In this document: positions 42,691 to 56,085 of the stretch, one piece after another
Layout: every line of letters starts with the position of its first letter
Numbering within the stretch: position 1 is the first letter of the stretch
Assembly: GCF_009914755.1 (NCBI RefSeq)
Contig: NC_060934.1
From: the human T2T-CHM13v2.0 reference genome, Homo sapiens
Length of the DNA stretch: 64,000 nt
Reading direction: 5' to 3' (one strand)
Notes under the pieces: generated by a model
What the model was told of the DNA's origin: nothing
The model's input: the letters and a program-made list of their open reading frames with translations, nothing else
The model's database searches: none
Program-made: the position numbers and the translations under genes

Positions 42691-45096
42691 CTATTGAAAT
42701 ATGTACCTTTATAGTTCCAAGTCTCCCTCTAACTGTGACTTTAGCAAAGTCTACAAGTTGTGACACGTAACATCTTGATTATCACTCAGTCTAAATATTT
42801 CCTGGCATAGAACATGGTCAATTTTGGCAAATGTTTTAGGTGCCCTAGAGGGAAATAGATATTCTATAGGTTATGCAGTTTTTAATGCAATGTGCTCCAT
42901 AAATAAGGTTTATGATTTTTAAAAACCATAAAGTTAAAAGACTCATGTAAATACTGATACTACATAATATTTATCTGTTTTTTTCTTTTTTGCCTTTTAC
43001 ATTTTGAATCTATACTGTAAAGCAAATGGGAATTTAAACTGAAGGTTATTACATTTTAATGATACATTGAACACTTATTACTAAAACTAGAGACAAAGAA
43101 ATCCTTTGTCTCTAGTCTTGCTTATTGTCTTAAAGTCTATGTAGCCAGAAGTCAATATAGCTACACAAGCTTTCTTTTGTTTAGTGTTTGTGTGATATAA
43201 CTCTTTCCAGTCTTTTATTTTCAATATTTTGTATCATTATAGGTTTCCTGTGCACAGCATATAATAGGCTCATTAAAATGAAAATAGACAAAATTTGATG
43301 TAACTACTAATATGTTTGGGTTGAAATTAATCATTTTAAATTTATTCTGCCTGTTATATGTTTCATTCTTTCTTTTTTCTTGTCTTCTTTCAGGTAAGAT
43401 GCTCTTTATGCCTTTCTTCTTCACTTACTTGTCAGCTTTAGTTATTTATGGATTATTTGAGGTTGTTTATTACACTAGGACTTACAACCTGATTTTTTAA
43501 CTATAAATTAAAGCTTTTAACATTTCACACAAAATACTTTCATGTAAACTCTAAGAAGATGAAAAGAATGGGTCTCAATAATCAATACAGCAAATTTCTC
43601 CTTCTCTGCTAGTAGTGAAGGCAAACATTACTTTCATATTAAGATTCAGATTTTTATCATTTTCATGAAGCATCTGGTTGAAAAGTATTGTGACCTATGT
43701 GCTTCTTAGAATTAAATTTTCTTTAAGAATTTTCTAATAATAAAATTAATTTGAGAATATTAGTTCATCCCCAGCAAAAAACTTTACTTATATATTTCTA
43801 GTCTCTAAAATATTTTAAATACAAATATGACAAATGTCACCCTAGTGAATCTTTCTTTTTTCTTTCCCATTTAGATAAATATGTACTCAAAGCAGGTGGC
43901 TCAATCCACTTATCAGCATTTGGCATACCAGGTAAGCAATGAGAAATTTTGAGGGTTATTGAATAGAATAGGGCAATTTTCATTCTGGCACTTAGGGAAT
44001 TAGCTATGTAATTGTCATTAATTTTAATGGGAATACTGTGCATAATCTGTAAAAATATAATGTATCTTTTTTGGAAATTTTTATAATGGATCAGCACAAA
44101 ATTGTATAGCACAGGTGTTTAATTGGTGATGGATATAATATCAGGGATTAATTCATTAGGATCAAAGAATAAAAAATCAGTTACTTGCAAAGCTAGGAAC
44201 TTCTGGAATACAAAATAGTTGTGTCACATTTGTCACAGATTTGAAATTTGTTACTGAGAGAATCAGAGATGACTATCAAGTAAAACTAATCTGCATATTA
44301 TTCAGTGGGTTGGGTGTAGATATGTCTATTTTTTACTTAGCAATTATTTGGGGAAACACTCAAAAATGTCCATTGTCAGTATTTTGGCACATGTATGATT
44401 GATTCAATTTCCATGCTAATTAATTTTAATTTCATTTAACCTTATAGAGCCAAAAAAGCCCTCTCAAATTTCAATTTCAGATATTTCAGAGCAAAACCTT
44501 TCTAACCATTATGTCAAAAATAAAATATTCCTGATATACCTAGGGACATTCTTCAGGGAAACTGAAAGAACTGCTGCTTTTTTATGGTGTTCAGGGAAAT
44601 AGCAGGGTCATTATTTTGTTACATGACTTAAAAAGGCTAAGAAACCAGAGTGGCCTAACAGGTTGTATCTCTTTAGCCATCTTTATTCAGTGATTTTCCT
44701 CTCATTTCTAGTCAAAGGAATTATGTAGACATCAGTATGATATGTGATATTACATCCTAGCTACTCTAGATAGAAACTTTTAATTGTGTTATTTTACAAC
44801 AGAGTAATCAGCTGTATCATAGTGAATGTATTTCTTATTCTCTCATATGGCAAGTAGAATAGAAACTTTAATTTGAGAATTTAGATGATATTGCATTGTT
44901 TATTTTCACATTTGTCTCGGCAGTTACACCTGAATTAAAAACACAAAAATAATCATAAACAACCATTTAAAATAATCATTTGGATATTACACAATGTACA
45001 TTGGGAATGTGGAATTCCAATTTGTGTTTCAAGCTAACCTTGTCATTAATTCAAGTACCTATTTTCCACTTTAAAATATTTGATGGGTATGCACTC

Positions 45097-46238
45097 TGTG
45101 GTTAAACAATCTCTATAGTCCTGCAGATTTTCTCTACGGATGCAAATCTCCCTGACAAAAGACAGTCTTTTCAGGACTACTTCTGTTTTCAGGCCCTCTG
45201 AGAAGCATCTCAAAATAGTCAAACAAATATATTAGGACATAAAATATTTTGGTTTCCTTTATTCTATCCCCCTTGAAAATTTCTTTCAGAAAGTTTTACA
45301 TTTTTAAAGCCCACTTGATACCTTCAGAAAGATTTGAGTTAGAGGTTGCGAGATAACAGACACAAAGGAGGGAAAAACAAATTGAGATAAGTAGAAAAGA
45401 ACAAATTTAAATATGTTGACCCATATCTTCTTGAATCAGTCTCTCATCCCAGGAATGGATCAGTTTGATTAAACAGTAGTGTCCCATTCCAGGAGGCAGC
45501 ATTCCAGATGGGCTCTCAGAGCTAGGCTTCTGTGCATAATGAGGGCACACAGAGCTTTAATAAGAGGCATATCATATCTTTGGACACAGAAGAAAAACAA
45601 AGGCTAATGTCTAGAGTAGTCTGTAAGCTAGTTTTTCTAGAGGGTCTAAAGCTTCTTCAAATTACAGTGAAATCTAACCAGATTTTTCTGGATTGTGGTT
45701 TAAATAAGGTGTTCAAGTGAACTTTCTAAGTAGTTCATACACACATCAGAAGTCATGAAGATTGTTTATATATAAGTTGCTGTGTTGATTTTTCTCCAAA
45801 GGTTACATTAAATTTTCTAGCTTCAGTTTGGAGATCTTCAAGAAAAGCACAGTTGTAATTTCCAGTGATTCCAAGTGAGAAAAATGTGAGAAATTTTTGA
45901 AAACTTTAGTTTTGAGACTATTAGTCAGGAAAGAATTCAGAATTTGGCCCAGATTTTAGACAAATAGCAAAAACTCAAAAACAATAGACAGTGCTAGAAT
46001 CTAATAACAAGTGCATTATAGTTTGTTTGTCTGAAGTACAACTTTTCTCTCTTTTGTTCCCTATTTCTACCAAGAAGTAATTGTAAGATCAACTTATTTA
46101 CAAGAAAAGTTTTAGTCTTATTATAAATTGGTCTGATTATTTGCATAAAGTGCAACATGAATAGCGCTTAGCCACATAGGATCTTTTAAACTTGGCTTTG
46201 CTGGAATATTTTCGTAAAGAATCTCATATAAACTTTTT
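45097..46238 (-). mobile_element. MER4-group ERV1 LTR fragment and internal sequence
   Basis: aaaatattttggtttcctt LTR end followed by MER4-int-like sequence. Confidence 0.5.
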
Positions 46239-46239
46239 G

Positions 46240-46705
46240 CCATTTTTATTTTATTTTTATATATTTAGGGTATACTAGTACAGTTTTGTTACATGGATAT
46301 ATTGCACGGTAGTAAAGTCTGAGCTTTTAGTGCACCTATCACTCCAGTAGTGAACATTGTACCCAATAGGTATGTTTTCAATCCTTACTCCTCTCCCATC
46401 TTTCCCTCTTTTGGAGTCTCCAATGTCTATTATTCCTTTCTGTATGCCCATGCTTACCCGTTGCTTAGCCCCCACTTCTGAGCAAGAACAAGTGATATTT
46501 GACTTTCTGTTTCCTGGTTATTTAACTTAGGATAATGGCCTCCAGCTTCATCCATGTTGCTGCAAAAGACATGAGTTCATTATTTTTTATGGCTGTGTGG
46601 TACTTAGTGGTATATGTATACCATATTTTCTTTATCCAATCATCCATCGATAAACAGGTTGATTCCATGACTTTGCTCTTATAAGTAGTGCTGTAATAAA
46701 ACATA
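46240..46705 (-). mobile_element. L1MA-type 3' end
   Basis: tacagttttgttacatggatatattgc; ORF 46522-46704 (DWIKKIWY..SFAATWMKLE). Confidence 0.75.
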
Positions 46706-46714
46706 CAAATTCAG

Positions 46715-48000
46715 AAGCAACCTTAAATCCAACCATATTAATAATAACTTAAATATGAATACATTAAACACTTCAAAAAGAAGTCAGAGGCTTTCAGACT
46801 GGATAAAAAATAAGGCTCCAACTATAAGTTGTCTATCAGTCACACACTTAAGATCCAAAGAAGCAAATGGTTCATAGCAGAGATGAAAACAAGATGCCGT
46901 GCAACAGTAATTGTAAGAGAACTTGTGTGGCTATAACAATATCAGAAAAAATATACTTTAAAATATAAATGTTAATACAGTTAAAGAGGACTACGTTATA
47001 TTAATAAAAGAGTCAAAGGTTAATACAGTTAAAGAGGATTATGCTATATTAATAAAAAAGTCAATGTATCAGGTAGATATAACCAGTAAAAACACATATG
47101 CACCTAATAATAATGCATCAAATTATATAAAGCAGAAACTGACAGAAATAAAGAAAAAGATAATTCCGTGGTAATACTTCAATACATCGGTTTCAGTAAC
47201 GAATAAAATAAGTGGGCAGAGGATCAACCAAAAAACTGTAAATTTGAATAATATCAGAATAGTAAATCTGACATCTATAGAATACTCCAGTCAAAAACAG
47301 CAAAATAGGTATTCTTCTCAACCTCACATAGAAGATTCTTCAGGTAGTTCAATGTGCTAGAGGACAAAAAAAGTATCAGTAAATTTAAAATGATTGAGAT
47401 CATGCAAAGTATGTCCTCTGGCCAAAATGGAATTAAATTAGTAATCAAGAACAGAAAGAAACAGGAAATACACAAATATGTAAAAATTAAACAACAAACT
47501 CCTAAACAACTAATGGATTAAAGAAGAAATCACATGCAAAAAACCTAGAAAACATTTTGAGCTGAATAAAAATGAAAATACAGCATATCAAAATTTACGG
47601 AATGCATCTAAAGCAGTGCTTAGAGGTCATTTATAGTTATAAACTCTTATATTAGAAAAAAACAAAGATCTCAAATCTATAACCTAATCTTTCACCTTAA
47701 GAAACTACAGGCCGGACTCGGTGGCTCATGCCTGTAATCCTAGCACTTTGGGAGGCAGAGGTGGGTGGATCACGAGGTCAGGAGTTCAAGACCAGCCTGG
47801 CCAACATCGTTGAAACCCCGTCTCTAATAAAAATACAAAAGTTAGCCTGGCATGGTGGCAGTGAGCTGAGATCATGCCACTGCACTCCAGCCTGGGAAAA
47901 AGAGCCAGACTCTGTCTCAAAAAAAAAAAAAAAATTAAAAAAAAAAAACAGAAACTACAAAAAGAAGAGCAAGAGATAGCCAAAAAAGTTAAGGTAAAAA
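46715..48000 (+). mobile_element. Old L1M ORF2 endonuclease-region fragment, interrupted by Alu
   Basis: atatgcacctaataa, ggaattaaattagtaatc, atatcaaaatttacggaatgc; contains a 48-bp tandem duplication at 46971-47065. Confidence 0.7.
47710..47949 (+). mobile_element. AluSg-like with internal deletion in the right monomer
   Basis: ggatcacgaggtcaggagttc; TSD agaaactaca at 47700-47709 and 47950-47959. Confidence 0.9.
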
Positions 48001-48009
48001 ATATACCAT

Positions 48010-48497
48010 ATTATGGTTAATTTTATGCATCAACTTGAGTAGGCAACATGATGTCGAGATATTTGTTCAAATATTATTCTGCATGTGTCTATGAATGTGT
48101 TTTTGGATGAGATGAATAGTTGAATTGATAGGCTGAGTAAAACAGTATGTCCTCCCTAATATTGGTGGCCCTCATCTTCTCAATGTGAAGCCCTCATTTG
48201 GACAAAATGGCTGTATTTCCCATAAATAGGAGGCAATTCCTTCTACCTGATTGCTTGGGGCTGAAACACTGGTCTCTTCTAGGCTTCAGACTCAAATCAA
48301 AACTTCAGCATCCCTTGGGTCTCAAATCTGTCTGGTTTTGGGCTACAGCTTACACCATTGTTTCTGCTGGTTCTCAGGTCTTCAGATTTGGAATAGAACT
48401 AAACACTGGCATTTCTGGGCCTTCAGTTTCTCAACTGAAGATCTTGAGACTTCTCAGCCTCCTTAATCACATAAGCCAATTTCTGATAATAAATTTC

Positions 48498-48542
<45 letters not shown>

Positions 48543-48593
48543 CCACACACCCAAACACACACTCCTTATTGGTTCTCTGGAGAGCCCTAATTC
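48010..48593 (+). mobile_element. MLT2 (ERV-L) LTR containing (CA)n
   Basis: atggttaattttatgcatcaacttga start; (CA)n at 48500-48560; ttattggttctctggagagccctaa end. Confidence 0.8.
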
Positions 48594-50520
48594 AGATTTT
48601 GGCACTGAGAAGTGGAATGTTGCCATAACAAAAATGGAAACCTGTGGAAGCAGCCTTGGAAATGGGTAATGGGTGAAGGCTGAAAGAGTTTGGAGGTCCA
48701 TGTTAGAAATATGAATTTTGAGTTAGAAATATGAATCCTTGTTAAAAATGTATAGCAAAGAACTCGGTTGGACTTTGTTCTAGTGTTTTTTGAAAGGTAG
48801 AAATGGCTAGCAATGAAATCAGTTATTTAGCTGAGGAGATTTTTTCAGCAGTGTATTGAAAGAATGGCTCGGTTCTTTCTGACTTCATATAGGAAAATAT
48901 AAATGGAGAGACATGAACTGAAGAAATGATTGCTAAGAAAAAAATAAATCAGAACTTAAAGTGTTGGTAAATACTCAGGCTAATTTTATGGTGGGGGAAA
49001 AAAAAGAAAGCATATTTTGAAGAGAACACCAAAAGTGTGACTGGACTATCACTCAGTCAAGAACTAATGGGGTTTTATATCAGCAGAAACACTGTCAGTT
49101 TAAACTGAAGTGGATGGAAATGGGACAATATGAACAAAGGTTGTCAGACTTCTGGAATTTGAAGGACAGGGTGATGGAGTTATTTAGCTACAAACGTGAA
49201 TATTTTTTAAGTAGAAGGAAAAGTGTCCCCATGGGCAATTCGGAGATTATCAGGGCCACCACCTTGGTTTCAAGAGGCCAGACAGCCTCTATCTGAAACT
49301 TTGGGGTTTTGACTGCTTTACAGAGCCTTGGGTATGGGACACTGGTCTGCCAGAGCTGCATGGGTGTGACTCCTACCTTGTTTCATGGAGGGGACACTGC
49401 CATCCCTGTCATGGGGGTGACACTGGCCTTGAAGGGCAGAGCATCAAACCAGAGAAAATTATATTTGATCTTTCAGATCTAATGGAATTTGCCTTGCTAG
49501 GTTTCTGACTTTCTTGGGACCTGTCACCTCTTTCTGCCTTCTGATTTATTCCATTTGGAATGGGAACGTCCATTCTAGGTCTGTCCACCATTGTATTTTA
49601 GAAGCACATAACTCTGGTTTCACAGTTTCACAGCTGGAGAGGAATTCTGCCTCAAGATGAATTGTACCTCAAATCTCTCAAATGTCTAATTGAGGTGTTA
49701 TTTTGATGAAACTTTGGACTTTAGAGTTGCTATAGAGTTAGTTAAGCCTTTTGAGCTGTTGGAATATTTGCATATAATAACGCAATTTTGGGGGTGCTAA
49801 TGCTGGAATTCACTGTACTGAATTGTTTCTGCTCAATAATATTCTATGTTGAAGCCCTAAATCTCACAGTACTGTATTACAGATGGGCCTTTAATGAAGT
49901 AATTAAGGTTAAATGAGGTTATAAATGTGGGGTCCTAATCTTATAGTACTGGTGGCTTTATTTATTTTATTTTTATTTTTATTTATTTATTTACTTGAGA
50001 CAGAGTCTTGCTCTGTCACCCAGGCTGGAGTGTAGTGGCACAATCTCGCTCACTGCAATCGCAACCTCCCACGTTCAAGCAATTCTCATGACTCAGCCTC
50101 TCACATAGCTGGGATTACAGGCGTGCAACACCATGCTTGGCTAATTTTTGTATTTTTTGTAGAAACGGGGTTTCACCACGTTGGCCAGGCTGGTCTCAAA
50201 CTCATGGCCTCAAGTGTTCCATCCACTTTGGGGCTCACAAAGTGCTGGGATTACAGGTGTGAGCCACTGTGCCCAGCCTTGATGGCTTTATAAGAAAATG
50301 TAAAGAGGGAGAACTTTCTCTTCATGTGCATGCATTGAGAAAAAACCTTGGGGGCACACAGAGTAGCGAGAAAAGGACTAAGCCAGGGAGTGAGCTCTCA
50401 ACAGAACCTAAGCTTGCTGGCTCTCTGATCTCAGACTTCTATCCTCCAAAATTGTGAAAACCAAATTTTTGTTGTTTAAGCTGCTCAAAGTATTTTTTTC
50501 TATGACAGCTCAAGTCATAC
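48594..50520 (+). mobile_element. MaLR internal region plus MLT1A/MSTD-like 3' LTR (~49815-50520)
   Basis: gattttggcactgagaagtgg..gtggaagcagccttggaaatggg internal start; LTR motifs atgttgaagccctaa and aattaaggttaaatgagg. Confidence 0.65.
49961..50278 (-). mobile_element. AluS/Jb inserted in the MaLR LTR
   Basis: Full dimer; TSD tg(g/a)tggctttat. Confidence 0.88.
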
Positions 50521-51423
50521 CACATTTGATGTCATTCCCCTTTTTTTTTGCTCACAGCAATCTGTTGGAATCAGGATTGTCTGTTCAAATTTCAGCCTAT
50601 TTTGTGAACCTAGACAATCAAAAATTTTTTATTAATCTTAGACCAGCTTAACTCCTGGAGGCAACTCCTAGATTCAATTACTGAAAGTTCTTTTGATTTC
50701 TAGTATTACATGAACACAAAGTTCTGTCTATTTGTGTTGCTTTGGAATTCATGAAAGAAGTTTACTCCAGTGTTTCTCTGATAGCTTTCCCATGTCAAAA
50801 TTGATTCAGCTGTCTTGATGAGTTGATATTTTCCTTTTTGTTAATTTAATAGGGCATGTAAAATATATAGCCTTGAATAATGTGTCACCAATGTTGGCCT
50901 GCTTTGACTTTTTTTCTTCTGGGCAAACTATTGGTACAGTAATACTATCTGTGGGACACTTTTATCCTTAAAACTCAAGTTACTGCAATATGTCCTTTCG
51001 TGTGGTTTTACAGAATCATTTCTTTCCCCTTTGGCTCTTGACTTCATTAGAAAAGCAATGGCTATGCCACCTCTTCAAGTAAAATTTCTTAAATTTAGGC
51101 ATATACGACCTCTTCTTTATGAGAATACATGAAAATATAGAGAAGAAGTAGGATATAAAGCCTACTTGCTTAGCTTTAAAGAAAGATTGAGATGGTAATT
51201 ACAGAACATCAACACAGAGTTAATGTGAATAACTCAGATGTAATTAGAATAGAAAAGCTACAACAAGTTGAAAGGCATTTGAATGTGATACTATGTAAAT
51301 TATAAATTCTATAATGAGAGGTGAATTTCATTCTTTGTCATCTTTGCTTCTAATAAAGATAAGTCATACTAATAACTCACTAAAAACCTTCTTGACTTAT
51401 GAAAATATATCTGGGACTTTTTA

Positions 51424-51752
<329 letters not shown>

Positions 51753-52424
51753 TCAGGTATTTTACTTTTGTGATCCATGTCAAGCATAGTACCTGGTACG
51801 TAGTAAGTATTTAATGGCTTAATACGTAACTACTAAAATTACTAAACATAGTTCATTGATTGCCAATGTTTCTGAATGTCAGATACCCTTAGCTTTTTCT
51901 GCATCAAAATGATCGTGTCATGTCTCTGTTCAAATATCTGTATTTTGTAAAAATAGTCAAGGTTTTAGAAGGGATACTCAAAATCAAATGCTGTTAAGCA
52001 AAAGAGATGATGTTTAATGTTGTTTTTCAAATAGCCAAACACTGAAGTAAGTATTTGCTGGTAAATGAAGATATTTTCAACAAAAATAAATATTTTGCTT
52101 GGGCTCCATCTTTTTTGTTAGAAGTCATCCAATATTTTACATTAATCTTTATCATTCTAATCCCAATAATGTTTAAGATAGTTTTGTTCATCACTAACAC
52201 AATATTTTTTCAAATGCAAATAATAATTTAAAACATTTGTATTTTACTTGTACAAGATCTTAGATTTACAGTGAACTTTTTTTAATACTGGCAACTCAAT
52301 GATTGCAGAAAGTACTTTATTATTATAATCATTTTTATTTTGCATGGTAAATTTGTCTCTGGGGTATTATGGAACTTGAGATGAAAATGTAATTTTGAAA
52401 CATGGGATTAAAAACTACTGAGAA

Positions 52425-52735
52425 GGCTGGGTGCGGTGGCTCTCGCCTGTAGTCCCAGAACTTTGGGAGGCCGAGGGGGGGTGGATCACGAGGTCAGGAG
52501 ATCGAGACCATCCTGTCTAACAAAGTGAAACCCCGTCTCTACTGAAAGTACAAAAAATTTAGCCGAGCGTGGTGGTGGGCGCTTGTAGTCCCAGCTACTC
52601 TGTAGGTTGAGGCAGGAGAGTGGCGTGAAGCCAGGAGGCGGAGCTTGCAGTGAGCCGAGATCGCATCACTGCACTCCAGCCTGGGTGACAGAGCGAGACT
52701 CCGTCTCAAAAAAAAAAAAAACAAAAAAAAAACAA
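52425..52735 (+). mobile_element. AluY
   Basis: gagatcgagaccatcctg, ggcgtgaa, gagcttgcagtg; TSD aaaaactactgagaa. Confidence 0.92.
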
Positions 52736-53074
52736 AAAAACTACTGAGAAAAGAAATGTATTGAAATATAATCTGTTCTTGATGTATCTTATCTTGCCAC
52801 AATAGAAAATAATATATGACTATACATCTGTTAAGGAATAACATGAATTTCATCAACCCACATTTATTCATTTTGTAATCATATCTTCCATCATAATATT
52901 TATCTTTACTACTGTGTTTCCAAATTCCTAATGTTAAACTTTAATGCTATGTTTATTTGAGTATGTGCAAATATTATTGTTTAACATGCATCCTAGAAAT
53001 ACTTTCAGGAGTAGGTAATAGAAATGAGAAAAAGAGCAAAAGTTACCTGACTGAGCTCTTTGAGTAGCTCATCG

Positions 53075-53109
53075 CAAAAACGGCAATTACTTTTGCACCA
53101 ACCTAATAC
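53075..53109. mobile_element. MADE1 (Hsmar1 MITE) half
   Basis: gcaaaaacggcaattacttttgcaccaacctaata. Confidence 0.65.
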
Positions 53110-53469
53110 AATTTTTGGACTTTACAATGGCCAAAAACAATTGCATTCAGTAGAAACCATATTTGGAATTTTGAATTTTGATATTTTCTCAGGTTAATGA
53201 TATATGGTATGATATGTTGTTGCAATGCCGGTCAGCAGCATTGAGCCTCAGCTCCCAGGGTAAACAACTGATACTATACAGTATGCTGTGTTACCAGCAT
53301 TTTTTAGACATGATTTCACCCAATTGTAGGCTAATGTAAGTGTTCTGAGTACATTTAAGGTAGGCTAGGCTAAGATGTAACATTTGGTGGATTAGGTGTA
53401 TTAAATACATTTTCAACTTACAATGGGTTTATTGGAACATAGCCACACCGTAAGTTGAGGAGTATCTAT
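53110..53469 (-). mobile_element. MER47-like Tigger MITE
   Basis: ttttcaacttacaatgggtttattggaacatagcc..cgtaagttgaggagtatcta. Confidence 0.65.
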
Positions 53470-54340
53470 AGTTCAATATTTCAAAGACTATAAAGCAAAA
53501 CATATAGATCATCATACTCTTAAGCTATTATATTATTTAACAAGATCACTTTTCATAACTGTTTAAAGTTTTATGAGTATTATTTCAGAAACTATATAAT
53601 TTCCTTTTAAATAATTTGCTTCAATGTGGATAATTTACACTAATAAAACTTCCTATGTCTTTATGTAACTAATGCTTAGACTTCCCAAGGGTATATTTAC
53701 TATAAACAGAAATGATTTAATTCAAATATAACTCTTTAAAAACCAACAGTGAAAAAATAACTAGGTGTTGAATTATATGTTTTAAGAGATGGCATAATTC
53801 TGAGAAATATTTATATGCTCAACAGATATTTACTAAGTATTTACTATTATAGTACAATCTATATATACATTAAGTAGATTTCCTTTACTTCTGGGGCTCA
53901 CAGTCTAGCCAGGACAAAAGTAGTAGAAGAGTGATAATAAGAATATGAAATATATAACAATGAAAACATTTCTAAAAGCAGGAAGATAATGCAGGAAAAA
54001 AGTCTTTAATCTTAATGCGGAAGTTAGGGTGGGCTCATGGAGAAAGTGATATTTAAGCTGAATCCTGGACATAGAGAACATTACAATCACTGCATTTATG
54101 TATTATTTTTTAAGTTATAGAAGACTATTTTGGTGAAACCAGGTTTGAGATGGGGGAGAAGAAATATTAAAGTGAAGATTTTTTATTAATTTATTCAACA
54201 TTTGAAATGTTCACATGATATCTAGATAGAATCATAAAATAAGCAGTTTTATACTGAAGTCTGCAGCTCAAAGTTGAGTTCATTGCTGTATATATGAAAT
54301 TGGTAGATGTAGACAGTATTGGAATAACTTAGGGAGAGAC

Positions 54341-55437
54341 CAGGGGTTGGCATGTGTAGGGAGACCCCCTGAAACTATGGTTACAGAATAAAAGATGAAA
54401 TGTTCCTGATTATTTTAAATACAAAATTGAATGCAGGATTTTGTAAAGACAATGCCAGGTTGGACTGCCAGAACGAGCCAACAGCATGTGATGTGCTTCC
54501 CCGTGCAGAGAGCCAATGAATGGATGTGCAGTCAGGGAGGTTTCACATCACCAAGATTCCTATCCCAGAAAAGCAGGTGTTCATAAGTCTGGGAATGGAA
54601 TGCGACCCTTGTGGAGAGCCTATAAACGGACGCAATGGGGGGGCGCCTGTTCATATGGATAAGATAGGGCTATAAACGCCCTCATCTTGCCACGGCTCTT
54701 CTAGGCCTCTTTAGGGTTAAGGCATACTCCCTTCTGAGAATTTCTGGTCTAACCAGTTGTCTAGCTTCACGTCCCGTTTCTATGGATTGTTTGTAACCAC
54801 CTTTTGCTGCAACTGTTACTGCTGATTAATATCTTGCTAATCATAGGTTATGAAAAGATTGTGTTTCTGTTTCAAGGCTCTGATAGAAATTACTGACACA
54901 CTATATTGTAAATTCTTATCTTTGTATACTGTACTTCTGCACACAAATGTTATATTAAAGAATTACTTCATCCCCATGTGACCATCTCACCTCATAATCA
55001 AATGACCCTAAATCCCTCAGTAACCTACCCCTGCCCTCACTAAACTTAATAATAAATGCTGGTATATCCAGTGCATTGTTGGCACCGTGGGACCAGAAGG
55101 CAGTGACCCCCGCTGGACCCAGCTTTCACTATCTTGTGCGTGTCTATTATTTCTCAACCTGCCTATCCACCTGGAAATAAAGAGAGAGCCCCATTGCATT
55201 GTGGGCTGCTGGCCAGATCCCACAGGCATGCTTCCTATAAAAGACCAGGTAGTGAATCTTTAAGAATTTGGAGGCCACACAGTTTCTATCACAGCTACTC
55301 AACTTGGCCATTATAGTATCGTGATAGCCAAATATGATATATACATGAGTAGGCGTGGCTGTATTCCATAATATTTTATTTATAAAAGCAGCCAGGGAAC
55401 AAATTTAGGTCATGGTTCATAGTTCGCTGTATCTAGT
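54341..55437 (+). mobile_element. MER58A split by the LTR13A insertion
   Basis: caggggttggca at 54341; resumes at about 55231 (ttcctataaaagaccagg...catagttcgctg). Confidence 0.65.
54355..55224 (+). mobile_element. LTR13A-like solo LTR (ERVK class)
   Basis: TGTAGGGAGACCCCCTGAAACTAT...CCCACA; perfect 6-bp TSD GGCATG at 54349-54354 and 55225-55230. Confidence 0.85.
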
Positions 55438-55681
55438 TTAGACAAAAACTGTCTTAGGGAATGTAACGACCAGTCCTTATTTCTTGTCACGCGGACTATC
55501 ATTCTACCTTTCTAACTTGCCTGCCTTTAACTGCATGTCCCTATAATTTATTATTGGTGTCAGCAAATTATGACTCATGCACCAAATCTGCATGCTACCC
55601 CTCTGGATCTTGGCAAGGATATAGTAAAATTTTAAGATGAGAACAATGGTACAGAATAGAAAAATAAATGTAGCAGGAGAT

Positions 55682-56085
<404 letters not shown>

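Noticed and set aside
46240-48000. Head-to-head L1 fragments suggesting a twin-priming inversion
   Set aside because: The two pieces look different in age and come from distant parts of L1, and I found no shared TSD; more likely separate insertions.
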